From Reclinomonas americana ATCC 50394 (taxonomy: Eukaryota): a DNA stretch of 64,000 nucleotides. Below, piece by piece: positions 1 through 10,080 of the stretch. How positions within the stretch are numbered: position 1 is the first letter of the stretch; each line of letters starts with the position of its first letter. Both the position numbers and the translations under genes were made by a program. Below the pieces are notes generated by a model. That model saw only the letters and a list, made by a program, of their open reading frames with translations. It ran no database searches and had not been told where the DNA came from. The stretch spans positions 620,001 to 684,000 of the forward strand of contig PS015010.1 in assembly GCA_048213135.1 (NCBI GenBank), given 5' to 3'.

Positions 1-177
1 GTGGTGCCGTTGTCTGATGCTTCCGGGAAGATCGTAGGCAGGGCAGTAATCAACGGCAATTCACAAAAAAATACGGTTGCTGTACCGGTTGATAAGACCT
101 GGAGCGCCGGAATATACTATGCCCGTGTACCTGGCAACAAGCAGCAAACGATAACCATTCCATTCCTCGTTCAGTAA
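1..177 (+). CDS. 3' end of a T9SS C-terminal-domain protein, probable paralogue of the next gene (partial)
   Basis: Frame 1 is open from base 1 (...DKTWSAGIYYARVPG...PFLVQ*) and resembles the C-terminus of the next ORF (DEKWSSGMYYVRI...SFIVQ*). Confidence 0.7.
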   Translation: MVPLSDASGKIVGRAVINGNSQKNTVAVPVDKTWSAGIYYARVPGNKQQTITIPFLVQ

Positions 178-187
178 ATATTATCTC

Positions 188-1588
188 ATGAACAAAGCAA
201 TCTCCATTTCCATACCCGAGCCCTGTCATGAAAACTGGGATCAAATGACGCCGAACGAACAGGGCCGGTTCTGCAATGCCTGCGCCAAAACCGTGGTGGA
301 CTTCAGCGTAATGACAGATACGCAAGTGTTGAACTACCTTATCGATAAACAGCACGAAAAAGTTTGTGGCCGTTTACTGACGGAACAGATGGATACACCC
401 ATCAGTATTGTAAAACCGGCCAAAAGAAAAGTAAAGTGGTACTGGAATGCGGCGGCGGCCATCGCATTACTGTTCTCCCGGTCAGAGGCGAAGGCGCAGC
501 AGCCGGTTAAGACGGAAACAGCGCCGGTGAGATTCGATGGTAAAGATCAACTGGTAAGAGGCGAACTGGCGGTGAGAGCAGCGAACCAGGCAAGCGGAGA
601 GCTAAAAGGTACAGTGGTTGACAAGGAGGGAAATCCCGTTCCTTTTGCTTCAGTTGTGGTAAAAGATGGTCTTACGGGGGTGGCAGCAGATGTTGGAGGG
701 AATTTCGTCATTAAAGCGGTTACCGGAACAGTACTGCGATTTACCGCTGCCGGATTTGAACAAAAGGAATTTACAGTTGGTACAGAACGCAGTTGCAGGA
801 TCGTACTGGAAACCAATGTCAGGGCAATGAAAGGCGAAGTTGTCATACGCATGGGTTACGCAGTGGCCAGGCCAGTCCGGAAATTTAAACCGGGTAAGGC
901 TGTTTTCCTGATCAGGGAAGAGGAAACAGGAAAGGCCATTCCGGGCGCTTCCATCTCTGTTAAGACAGTGGGTACAGGAAGTGAAATTAATGAGAAAACA
1001 TCGGGAAAAGGAAAATATACTATGAAGGATTTTTTCCGTAATAAGCAATACCTGGTTACAATAACTGCGGAAGGTTATGAGGCAAATGAATTGATGATCA
1101 AGGCTGATTATAGTACTGACAAAAACCTGGAGCGGGAAGTACGCCTTAGTAAAACGGGTTCGCCGGCGCGTTGGGCAACCGGTGGACTGAGCGTACAAAC
1201 GATCACCGGGGACCCGGTAACGGTCTGCACGAAAGACACCACGTATTTATCCAAAACCGAAGAACCGCTGAAACCCGGACCAGTTCCGGTATTGGCCGTT
1301 AATGAAAATAGTTTAACAGGGCAACATGCAGTGAGTATATATCCGAATCCTGTATCCCGTGGAAATGCTATGCAGATTGCATGGGTGGTGAAACAAAAGG
1401 GCCCGCACACGATCCTGGTTAACAATAGTGCGGGCCTGCTTGTTTGGCAAAAACAGGAAACGGTTTTGCCGGGTAAATTTCAGACTTCCATTTTATTGGA
1501 TGAGAAGTGGAGCAGTGGTATGTATTATGTAAGGATACTGAATCCTAAGGGTGAACAGATCAGTGAAAATAGTTTCATAGTTCAATAG
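188..1588 (+). CDS. Carboxypeptidase-regulatory-like domain protein with Cys-rich N-terminus and T9SS type A sorting domain
   Basis: GTVVDKEGNPVPFASV CarboxypepD_reg-like motif; IYPNP...GMYYV CTD; N-terminal PCHENW...FCNAC...VCGR. Confidence 0.75.
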   Translation: MNKAISISIPEPCHENWDQMTPNEQGRFCNACAKTVVDFSVMTDTQVLNYLIDKQHEKVCGRLLTEQMDTPISIVKPAKRKVKWYWNAAAAIALLFSRSEAKAQQPVKTETAPVRFDGKDQLVRGELAVRAANQASGELKGTVVDKEGNPVPFASVVVKDGLTGVAADVGGNFVIKAVTGTVLRFTAAGFEQKEFTVGTERSCRIVLETNVRAMKGEVVIRMGYAVARPVRKFKPGKAVFLIREEETGKAIPGASISVKTVGTGSEINEKTSGKGKYTMKDFFRNKQYLVTITAEGYEANELMIKADYSTDKNLEREVRLSKTGSPARWATGGLSVQTITGDPVTVCTKDTTYLSKTEEPLKPGPVPVLAVNENSLTGQHAVSIYPNPVSRGNAMQIAWVVKQKGPHTILVNNSAGLLVWQKQETVLPGKFQTSILLDEKWSSGMYYVRILNPKGEQISENSFIVQ

Positions 1589-1665
1589 TTTATGGTTGTT
1601 TACAATGCCGGTCAAGATAGCTGCCTTATAAGTATAAAAATAAGCAGGAGCATCTGGCCGGTTTT

Positions 1666-2568
1666 TTATTTAGAGAAGGCGGGATGGAATTGCTGCAGGG
1701 TATCGCGTAAATATTCCCTGTCCAGGTGAGTATAGATTTCAGTGGTGGTAATACTTTCATGCCCCAGCATTTCCTGCACTGCCCTGAGGTCGGCGCCGCC
1801 CTCCACCAGGTGCGTGGCAAAGGAATGCCGGAAAGTATGCGGTGATATGCTTTTGGTGATGCCTGCTTTCTGCGCCAGGTCTTTCAGTAACAGGAAGATC
1901 ATGACCCGGCTGAGCTGCGATCCCCTGCGGTTGAGAAAAAGAAAGTCTTCCTGCCCTGGTTTGATGCTCACATGCACCCGTATATTCTCCCGGTAAATAT
2001 TGATGTATTTGATGGCGTCGCTGCCCACGGGTACCAGCCTTTCTTTATTGCCCTTGCCTATAATGCGTACGAAGCCCACATCCAGGTACAGGCAGCTGAT
2101 GCGCAGGTTCACCAGTTCGCTCACACGTAACCCGCAACTGTACAGTGTTTCAAGAATGGCTTTGTTGCGGCCGCCTTCCGGCGTGCTCAGGTCGGCCTGG
2201 GCGATGATCTGTTCTATCTCTTCAAAACTCAGCACATCGGGCAGGGCTCTTTTTTGTTTGGGTGCTTCCAGCAATGCGGTAGGGTTGGTGTCTGTTACCT
2301 GTTCCAGCAGGCAGTAAGTATAAAAGCTGCGCAGTCCGGATATGATCCTGCTTTGCGAGGCAGGCGTCATGCCCAGTTCATGTATCCATCTTACAAAACC
2401 TTCCAGGTCTTTCAGTTCCACCTGGCCGGGCGTTTTCAGGTTTTGTATATGCTGCAGGTAGGCGGTCAGTTTATCGATATCATGCAGGTAAGCCTCCACG
2501 GAATTATCCGCCAGCGATTTTTCGAGCTGGAGCCAGGCCTTGAATCCTTTTTTATACGGTTCCCACAT
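1666..2568 (-). CDS. xerD: Site-specific tyrosine recombinase XerD
   Basis: GLRVSEL, GKGNKERLVP, HTFRHSFATH, LGHESITTTEIY; start reassigned to MWEPYKK. Confidence 0.92.
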   Translation of the reverse strand: MWEPYKKGFKAWLQLEKSLADNSVEAYLHDIDKLTAYLQHIQNLKTPGQVELKDLEGFVRWIHELGMTPASQSRIISGLRSFYTYCLLEQVTDTNPTALLEAPKQKRALPDVLSFEEIEQIIAQADLSTPEGGRNKAILETLYSCGLRVSELVNLRISCLYLDVGFVRIIGKGNKERLVPVGSDAIKYINIYRENIRVHVSIKPGQEDFLFLNRRGSQLSRVMIFLLLKDLAQKAGITKSISPHTFRHSFATHLVEGGADLRAVQEMLGHESITTTEIYTHLDREYLRDTLQQFHPAFSK

Positions 2569-2659
2569 GATCGTTCTCTTTTCTGAACAGTTTGATGATT
2601 GAAAACAATTAAACCCTATTTTCGTTCCTAAAATTCGAAAATAGTTATCAATAAACCAT

Positions 2660-3166
2660 ATGCAGGCAATTAATCTCCGGTCGTTCAGAAGAAAAGTAAA
2701 AGATACCAGCAGGGCAATGCGTCGTTTTCTGACGGGTCTTGAAAATAATCCGCCACGTGGACTGGATAAAATGACCGCCGCAATTGAACCCGAAGTGTGG
2801 AAGGAAGTCGATTGCCTTACCTGTGCCAACTGCTGCAAAACCATGACGCCGACCTATACACCGGCGGATATCAAAAGAATATCGGCGCATTTTAAGGTGA
2901 CGCCGGCCGCATTCAAGGAAAAATGGCTGAAATATGATAAGGCCGATGGCGACTGGCAAAATAAGGTTGAACCCTGCCAGTTCCTCAACCTGAAGGACAA
3001 TAAATGTTCTATCTATGAGATCCGCCCTGCCGACTGCTCCGGCTTTCCTCACTTACCCCGCAGGAAAATGGTGGATTACATGCATGTGCACAAACAGAAT
3101 ATCGCTTATTGCCCCGCTACCTATAAAATGGTGGAAAAGATGAAGCTGGCGATAAAAGGAAAATGA
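2660..3166 (+). CDS. YkgJ-family (CxxCxxCC) cysteine-cluster protein
   Basis: CLTCANCC, PCQFL, CSIYEIRPADC. Confidence 0.85.
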   Translation: MQAINLRSFRRKVKDTSRAMRRFLTGLENNPPRGLDKMTAAIEPEVWKEVDCLTCANCCKTMTPTYTPADIKRISAHFKVTPAAFKEKWLKYDKADGDWQNKVEPCQFLNLKDNKCSIYEIRPADCSGFPHLPRRKMVDYMHVHKQNIAYCPATYKMVEKMKLAIKGK

Positions 3167-3175
3167 TAATGTGAT

Positions 3176-3254
3176 AATGTGCCAATTTGAAAATTTGAAG
3201 ATGCTGATATCCTTCGCTTCGCTCTGGACATGATTCGTAATTGGTAATTCGTAA
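3176..3254. repeat. Intergenic repeat cluster: octamer AATTTGAA repeats, a REP-like element and (TTCGTAA)x3 heptamers
   Basis: aatgtgccaatttgaaaatttgaagatg; gatatccttcgcttcgctctggacatga (3206-3233); ttcgtaa ttggtaa ttcgtaa (3234-3254). Confidence 0.7.
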
Positions 3255-3614
3255 TTAATAATTATACACGTCTTCAATCAAAAAGAACTCCTTCACCGAA
3301 GACCCCTCCAGTACTATGGACAACACGTCTACCTGTATCTTAGTCCAGCCGGGGTAGCGTTCCAGGTAAACGGCCGCCGCGTTCAGCAGGTTTTGTATTT
3401 TTTTAGGACTGATGCTGTTTTCCGGCAAACCAAATCTTGCCGACCTGCGGGTCTTGATCTCGATAAAATGCAATTTGCCCGTTTTGGATGCAATGATGTC
3501 CACTTCCCAGTGCCGGTGGCGCCAGTTGCAATGCAATATCTCATATCCCTTTTGCCTGAAGTAAGCTACCGCCAGTTCTTCACCAAATGCGCCAGTATGG
3601 TTGTGTTTCGCCAT
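3255..3614 (-). CDS. yraN: YraN-family putative endonuclease
   Basis: GAFGEELA...GYEILHCNWR...EVDIIA...FIEIKTR. Confidence 0.88.
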   Translation of the reverse strand: MAKHNHTGAFGEELAVAYFRQKGYEILHCNWRHRHWEVDIIASKTGKLHFIEIKTRRSARFGLPENSISPKKIQNLLNAAAVYLERYPGWTKIQVDVLSIVLEGSSVKEFFLIEDVYNY

Positions 3615-3722
3615 AGAGTGAAATTAGGCAGGGGAGAGGTGCTTCTGCCGGGTAGTTTTACGGCAACCTTCATCCTTTGCGGTATTTCAATTATTACCTA
3701 TTTTTGCCAAAAGACAATCAAC

Positions 3723-4277
3723 ATGCAAAAGCAACACTGGTCATCTATAGTATTGGTCGTATTACTGGTAGTGGCAGCCGCCATTTCCAAAGTACTGATT
3801 TACCCTAAAACATTTACGCCCATGCTGGCCATCGCCGTATTTGCCGGCGCTGTGATCAAAGACAAAAAACTGGCTTTCGCATTACCGCTTTTCGCCATGT
3901 TCCTGTCCGACCTCATGTTTGAAGTGTCCGGTATCGCCAAAGGTTTCTGGGGATGGGGCCAGCTCACGGGTTATGCCATCTTCGCGCTGATCACCATCAT
4001 TGCGGGCCAGATGAAAAAAGTTACCGTGGTGAATGTGGTATTCCATTCTTTACTGGCGCCCGTTTTGTTTTACATTTTATCCAACACCGCCTACTTCTTT
4101 TTAGACAACCCTGCTTACCTGACTTATACCCAGGATTTTGATGGCTACAAAAATGCTATGATCGCCGGTCTGCCTTTCCTGAGAATGAGCATCCTGTCTA
4201 CTTTTGTATTCAGCGCCGTACTTTTCGGCAGCTACTATGGCGTAGAGAAATTCGCATTCAAAAAAGCCGTGGCCTAA
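3723..4277 (+). CDS. DUF6580-like putative membrane transport protein
   Basis: FTPMLAIAVFAG, LPLFAMFLSD, FYILSN, AGLPF motifs; multiple TM segments; start at MQKQH. Confidence 0.7.
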   Translation: MQKQHWSSIVLVVLLVVAAAISKVLIYPKTFTPMLAIAVFAGAVIKDKKLAFALPLFAMFLSDLMFEVSGIAKGFWGWGQLTGYAIFALITIIAGQMKKVTVVNVVFHSLLAPVLFYILSNTAYFFLDNPAYLTYTQDFDGYKNAMIAGLPFLRMSILSTFVFSAVLFGSYYGVEKFAFKKAVA

Positions 4278-4296
4278 CAGCGGCCTGTATGATACA

Positions 4297-4326
4297 AAGA
4301 AGCCATCGTTTTCGCGATGGCTTCTT
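4297..4326. terminator. Bidirectional intrinsic terminator
   Basis: AAGAAGCCATCG-TTTTCG-CGATGGCTTCTT hairpin between convergent genes. Confidence 0.8.
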
Positions 4327-4345
4327 CTTTTGTATGTCATTTCTT

Positions 4346-4810
4346 TTACAGGCTGTTCTCATATCCTTCATCCACATCCAGGTCTTTTCCGTCGGCAGCG
4401 GCGGTGGCCAGTTCATCACAGCGGTTATTGAAGGGATTATCGGCGTGGCCGCGAACCCATTTCATTTTAATATTGAATGGCCTCGACAGTTCATAATACC
4501 GCCTCCACAGGTCGGGGTTCTTCTTGCCGCCTTTAAAATCGGTACGTATCCAGTTGGCGAGCCAGCCTTCCTCGATGGCTTTTACCACGTACTGGCTGTC
4601 GGAATAAATAACAACGGGAATATTCTTTTTAGTAAGGCTTTCCAACCCTGTGATCACGGCCAGCAGTTCCATACGGTTGTTGGTGGTCAGCCGGTAGCCT
4701 TTCGATAATTCTTTCCGGTGGTTACCATACATCAGGATTACGCCATAACCGCCCGGGCCCGGGTTGCCACGGGAAGATCCGTCGGTGTAGATGGTTATTG
4801 AAGAAATCAA
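4346..4810 (-). CDS. rnhA: Ribonuclease HI
   Basis: YTDGSSRGNPGPGG, TTNNRMEL, SDSQY, WVRGH, NNRCDELA. Confidence 0.95.
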   Translation of the reverse strand: MISSITIYTDGSSRGNPGPGGYGVILMYGNHRKELSKGYRLTTNNRMELLAVITGLESLTKKNIPVVIYSDSQYVVKAIEEGWLANWIRTDFKGGKKNPDLWRRYYELSRPFNIKMKWVRGHADNPFNNRCDELATAAADGKDLDVDEGYENSL

Positions 4811-4813
4811 ATT

Positions 4814-4944
4814 AATTACGAATTACTAATTACCAATTACGAATGCCTTAAATGGGTTCGTGCTTTCTGAATTGCAGGCAGTTGTTCTTTTATGCCGGAG
4901 GGTATTTACATCTTCACATTTTCAAATCATCAAATTGGTACATT
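4814..4944. repeat. (AATTACN)x4 heptamers and an inverted copy of the octamer repeat element
   Basis: aattacg aattact aattacc aattacg at 4814-4841; reverse complement of ~4909-4944 is aatgtaccaatttgatgatttgaaaatgtgaagatg. Confidence 0.7.
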
Positions 4945-4948
4945 GTAT

Positions 4949-6578
4949 TTACACCTGGAAAACTCCCGTTTTAAACTCCGGCACATCAGGATTGTGGCTG
5001 GCGGCTTTGATACCTTCCGATATCACTTTCCTGGTTTCTGCCGGATCAATAATGGCATCTACCCACAACCTTGCGGCGGCGTAAAAAGGTGTTGTTTGTT
5101 TGTTGTACCGGCCAATGATCTCCTGCAGCATTCTTTGTTCCTCTTCCGGGGCAATGTCCTGTCCTTTGGATTTGAGTGCGGCTACCTGTATCTGTAACAA
5201 TGTTTTTGCCGCCTGTTCGCCACCCATCACCGCGATGCGGGCAGAAGGCCAGGCGTAAATGAACCGCGGATCGTAAGCCTTACCACACATGGCATAATTG
5301 CCTGCGCCATAAGAGTTGCCCACGATTATGGTAATTTTTGGTACAACCGAATTGGCCACGGCATTCACCAGTTTAGCGCCGTCTTTTATGATGCCGCTGT
5401 GTTCGCTGCGGCTGCCCACCATAAAACCGGTCACATCCTGTAAAAACACCAGGGGTATCTTTTTCTGGTTGCAGTTCATAATAAAGCGGGCCGCCTTATC
5501 GGCGCTGTCGTTATAGATCACGCCACCCATCTGCATCTCACCTTTTTTGCTCTTTACAATCAGGCGCTGGTTGGCTACAATGCCTACAGCCCAGCCATCG
5601 ATACGGGCATAACCGCATACGATCGTTTTGCCATATTCTTCTTTAAACTGGTCGAAGCTGCCGGCATCCACAATACATTCGATGAGCGAAGTCATATCAT
5701 ATGGTTTGGTATTGCCTTCGCTTTGAATGCCATAAATGTCGTCTTTAGGTTTTGCAGGCGCTTTCGCTGCTATACGGTCAAACGGCGATGCGGAAGAAGG
5801 CCCCAGTTTGCCCATGATCTTTTTTACCTGGTCCAGGCATTCCTGTTCGGTACTGAATTTATAATCGGCGATACCGCTGATGGCGTTATGTGTTTCGGCG
5901 CCACCGAGGGTTTCATTATCAATATCTTCACCAATAGCTGCTTTTACAAGATAGGAGCCTGCCAGGAAAATGGAGCCATTACCTTCCACCATCAGGGTTT
6001 CATCGCTCATAATGGGCAGGTAGGCACCCCCGGCCACACAGGCGCCCATTACCGCCGCGATCTGGGTAATACCCATAGCGCTCATTTTAGCGTTATTACG
6101 GAAGATGCGGCCGAAATGTTCTTTATCGGGAAAGATCTCATCCTGCATAGGTAAAAACACACCGGCGCTGTCTACCAGGTAAATAACGGGCAGTTTGTTT
6201 TCCATGGCTATTTCCTGCATGCGCAGATTTTTTTTTGCCGCTGATGGGAAACCAGGCACCGGCTTTTACCGTCTGGTCATTGGCTACGATTATGCACTGG
6301 CGTCCGCTTACATAGCCGATACCGCTTACGGTACCGCCTGCCGGACAGCCGCCCTGTTCATCGTACATCTCAAAACCTGCGAATGCGCCCAATTCAATAA
6401 AGGAGCTGTCTTTATCGCACAGGTAGGCGATCCTTTCACGGGCGGTAAGTTTGTTGCGTTCTTTCTGTTTTTCAACGGATTTTTTCCCGCCGCCTTCATA
6501 TATCTTTTCCAGTTTCTGGCGGACCTGGCTCCAGGCCAGTTTCATGGTGTCTTCGTTTTTGTTCTGCTCCAGGTTCAT
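4949..6578 (-). pseudogene. Acyl-CoA carboxylase beta subunit (methylcrotonyl-CoA carboxylase type), split by a +1 frameshift, probably a sequencing error
   Basis: ORFs 6138-6578 and 4949-6259 join at FPISGKK/NLRMQE; the T run at 6228-6236 has 9 bases where 8 restore the frame. Confidence 0.85.
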
Positions 6579-6658
6579 ATAGCGTGTATTATACAGGACG
6601 GGCGTTTTGTTTTTTTAATTAAATTCGCTCCCGTCAGCAATGATATAAGCACAAAAAT

Positions 6659-7120
6659 ATGGGTAATGAAATTAATCGCATACTAAAACTGTTCGCCGAC
6701 CTGCAGCATGGCGATTGCTGGATAGGGGAGAACTTCAAATCCGTACTGCACGGCATTGACGCGTCCCGGGCTGCACAGGCCAATGGAAATACGAACAGCA
6801 TCTGGCAACTGGTTGCACATCTTACCTACTGGCGCAGCCGCGTTGTAAACCGGCTGACCGGCAGCGATAACCCGCCTCCTTTCCCTGATTTTCTTTTACC
6901 GGAAACTTTATCGGAAGCCAACTGGAAGCAGGCCCTGCTCGATTTTGAAGCGGCTTACCACACATTACGCAGCGCCATCTCGCATATTAAAGAAGAAAAC
7001 CTGGATAAACCTTCGCCGCGTGAAGGGCAGACCTACTATGAACTGATACTGGGTTGCCTGCAACACGATGCCTATCATATGGGACAGATCATGTTGCTGA
7101 AAAAACAAATGGAAGGCTGA
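6659..7120 (+). CDS. DinB-family protein
   Basis: NSIWQLVAHL and QHDAYHMGQI His motifs. Confidence 0.85.
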   Translation: MGNEINRILKLFADLQHGDCWIGENFKSVLHGIDASRAAQANGNTNSIWQLVAHLTYWRSRVVNRLTGSDNPPPFPDFLLPETLSEANWKQALLDFEAAYHTLRSAISHIKEENLDKPSPREGQTYYELILGCLQHDAYHMGQIMLLKKQMEG

Positions 7121-7143
7121 TTACTTATCTTATTTATTAATAA

Positions 7144-7169
7144 AACGGGGAGCTTTTTTGCTCCCCGTT
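7144..7169. terminator. Bidirectional intrinsic terminator
   Basis: AACGGGGAGC-TTTTTT-GCTCCCCGTT between convergent genes. Confidence 0.75.
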
Positions 7170-7173
7170 CTGT

Positions 7174-10080
7174 TTATTGTTTTACCAGTTTAATCGTCTG
7201 TATCTCTCCGTCAGTACTGATGACCTGCAGCAGGTAAGTTCCCCTGGCATACCCGCTCATGTCCAGTTCCAGTGTACTGTTGAGGGTGAATGCCTTCGTC
7301 ATTTCCTGTCCCTGTATGCTCAACAAACGAATACGGGTGTTGAGTTGCAGACCGCTTACAATGGCTTTGTCCTTAACCGGGTTGGGATATACGGTAACCG
7401 GCGTAACGGCGGTGCAGCTGATGTTGAGGAAGAGTATCCTGCTGTAGGTTGCTCTCGCATCCGCATCAATCATGCGCAGGCGATAAAAAGCTTTGCCCGG
7501 CTGAGGTTGATGGAGATAATGGTATTGGCTGTTATTACCCTGTCCATTGATAACCGCTATGGTTTTGAAACTAACCCCGTCATTGCTGTATTCTAAATCA
7601 TACTTACTGAAACCCTGCTCTACGGCGGCTTCCCAAGAAAGCGATACTTTACAGTTCTCCACTTTGGCATTGAAGTCTTTCAGTGATACCGGTAATATGC
7701 AATTGGGTTTCAGGTTAAATGTGGTGGTATATGTACTGCCACAACCGGGAATGGTTTGCGTGAGTGTATAGGTGCCAAAATCGGCTGGCGTTACGGGATT
7801 GAGTGTGAGCGTATCTGTAGCGGGGTACGGGCCTGCAGGACCTGTCCAGCTGTATGCGGCGCCGGGGTATAAAGTCGGTGAGAACAGTTTTACCGTTCCG
7901 CCCACGCAACCTGTATTGCTGATACCGATGGCAGGATTTGATAATGTGCTGATACTGATATCCTGTACCACAGCATTGCCACAGTTATCGGTAACCCGGA
8001 AACGGTAAGTGCCCGCGGCCAGGCCGGTAAATGTGCTGTCGGATTGTGATGTCACCACCGCGTTGCCCGGTATGGTCAGGCGTTCAAAAGTAAACGGACC
8101 AACACCATATTGTGTATGCAGTTCTACCTTGCCGTCGCTGCCACCGCTGGTACATACGAACCCTCTTGAAGTGGGTGCCAGCGCCGGTACTTTATAATCG
8201 ATGGTAAAATCCTTTACATAAAAAGTATCACAGGCATTGAAGATGGTGGTGCGGTCATTGGCATTGATACCCGACGTTACAGCAAATTTGTATTCCCCTG
8301 CCGACAGGTTGGAAAAAGTATAACTGTAAGGAGACGGGTAACTGTTGTACTGCGGCGAGGCGGTAAGAATGGTATAAACCCCCGAAGCATTTTTTCTGTA
8401 CAATTCTACGCGGCCGCTTCCCATCAGGTTATTCTTAAAGCTGATGGAGGCGCTGGCTGATCCGGGGCAGGCCTGTGTTACGGTAACTACCGTATCCCAG
8501 ATATTTGAAACGTTCTGCGGTGCGGTAATGGTAAAAGATTTGGTCACCGATTCGCCACACCAGTTGCTTACCGTAACCGAATAGGTTCCTGCGGGGATAT
8601 TTCTTATAGGTAAATACTGGTTCACCACGTATTTGTAAGAGATGGGGTAGGTAACCGTGTAAGTACCGCCATCGGGATTGGTATAGGAAGTGGGGCCCGA
8701 GTTGAGCACACAGGTGAAAGAATCGGTAGCTACATTGCCCGCCGGGTAACCGCTCATATTCAGCACCATGCTGGACAGGTTGATGTTACACCCGCCTGAT
8801 GGGGTTCCCGTGGTAAAATTAAATGGCGGTGGCGGGTTCAGAATAACCGTCCGGGTGTACGTAGTGCACCTTGTCGCAACACTTACGGTATACGTGTTGC
8901 CGGGTGTAACCCCATCAAAATACAAAGCGCCGGACAGTGTGCCTGCCGGGCCTACATAATTGAGGATGGCCCGTTTGCCCACCATGGTATCGCCTGCCAG
9001 GGTAGAAGAAGTGATGGTAATGGTGGCGGTGTCGCTGTTATAGGTGTTCTTTTTATTCCAGTTATCGGGGAAGCCCATGTTAAGCCGGTAGCTGTTGCAG
9101 GTAGTACGACTGGCGTTACTGCTCAGCGTCAGGTACAGGGTATTTTCATAACTGTAGTTCCTGTCCACCGAATCCACGTTATTGCAAAGGTCATCAAAAT
9201 AAAGGCGGTAGTTCTCGTTTATTTTAAAATGAATGGATGGCCCAATCTGGCTGGGATAGTCATAAGGGCGGTAAGTAACATCCTGTATTATTACACCATC
9301 GCTTAACCGCCTGATGTATACCCTTCTCATTTTGGTGGTGTGTGCGGGGATGATATTGTTCTGCAACCTGGCCGTTACGGAGTCGCAGGTAAACATAACA
9401 GGCCCGACATAAAAGTTCTGGAGTTCGGTCGATGGGAAAGGAGAGGCCGCCACACCGGCACCATAACCAGTATTGAACAACCCGTTATCAGAATTGGTAT
9501 TATTTCCCCAGACATAATCCACCAGGGTAAGGGTGAACGAAAGTGTTCTTATTTCACCACAGGCGTCTGTAACCCTGGCGGTGTAGTTACCATCGGCGAG
9601 GCCGGTAAAGGATGCGGAAGCCTGCGGACCGGCCACTACCGTTGCACCGGAAAGTATCTCATATTGTTTAGTGCCGCTGCCGCCAACTGCATTAATGGTG
9701 GCGGTGCCATCGGGATTAACGGGGCAGTAGTTGGGTGTTCCGCTGATACTGCTGATCGTTATTGCGGTATAACTGTTGGTTACAGTTGTGTTACGGGTAA
9801 CGGCATTGCCGCAATTATCGCTTACCCTTACGGTATAACTGCCCGGGGGAAGGCTGCTGAATGCATTGCCTGATTGTGACGGACGTGTTACCGGTCCTGC
9901 TGTAATGGAGTACTGGTAAGGGGTTACACCACCTCCCGCCGTTGCGGTAATGGTGCCATTAGACGGGCAGGTGGCAGCGGTTGCGGTAGTGTTTATCGTT
10001 AACGCGGAGCCCGGGCACTGTGCATAGGATGCATATAACGGAAAAAAGAAAAGACAGCATAAAGTAAATAATCTACTCAT
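7174..10080 (-). CDS. SprB-repeat-like surface protein with T9SS type A CTD
   Basis: Signal peptide; repeated C...GTITA..GG.TPY.Y...F..L..G.Y.V.V.D.CG units; LPVSLKDFNA domain; VYPNP CTD. Confidence 0.8.
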   Translation of the reverse strand: MSRLFTLCCLFFFPLYASYAQCPGSALTINTTATAATCPSNGTITATAGGGVTPYQYSITAGPVTRPSQSGNAFSSLPPGSYTVRVSDNCGNAVTRNTTVTNSYTAITISSISGTPNYCPVNPDGTATINAVGGSGTKQYEILSGATVVAGPQASASFTGLADGNYTARVTDACGEIRTLSFTLTLVDYVWGNNTNSDNGLFNTGYGAGVAASPFPSTELQNFYVGPVMFTCDSVTARLQNNIIPAHTTKMRRVYIRRLSDGVIIQDVTYRPYDYPSQIGPSIHFKINENYRLYFDDLCNNVDSVDRNYSYENTLYLTLSSNASRTTCNSYRLNMGFPDNWNKKNTYNSDTATITITSSTLAGDTMVGKRAILNYVGPAGTLSGALYFDGVTPGNTYTVSVATRCTTYTRTVILNPPPPFNFTTGTPSGGCNINLSSMVLNMSGYPAGNVATDSFTCVLNSGPTSYTNPDGGTYTVTYPISYKYVVNQYLPIRNIPAGTYSVTVSNWCGESVTKSFTITAPQNVSNIWDTVVTVTQACPGSASASISFKNNLMGSGRVELYRKNASGVYTILTASPQYNSYPSPYSYTFSNLSAGEYKFAVTSGINANDRTTIFNACDTFYVKDFTIDYKVPALAPTSRGFVCTSGGSDGKVELHTQYGVGPFTFERLTIPGNAVVTSQSDSTFTGLAAGTYRFRVTDNCGNAVVQDISISTLSNPAIGISNTGCVGGTVKLFSPTLYPGAAYSWTGPAGPYPATDTLTLNPVTPADFGTYTLTQTIPGCGSTYTTTFNLKPNCILPVSLKDFNAKVENCKVSLSWEAAVEQGFSKYDLEYSNDGVSFKTIAVINGQGNNSQYHYLHQPQPGKAFYRLRMIDADARATYSRILFLNISCTAVTPVTVYPNPVKDKAIVSGLQLNTRIRLLSIQGQEMTKAFTLNSTLELDMSGYARGTYLLQVISTDGEIQTIKLVKQ

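Noticed and set aside
1666-2568. Tyrosine recombinase as the island integrase
   Set aside because: Looks like housekeeping XerD in a core-gene context, 13 kb from the tRNA
2569-2844. N-terminal extensions in the ORF track (xerD, also the ORFs called from 3393, 28470, 21794 and 48776)
   Set aside because: They overlap neighbouring genes or promoters; downstream ATGs match the family N-termini
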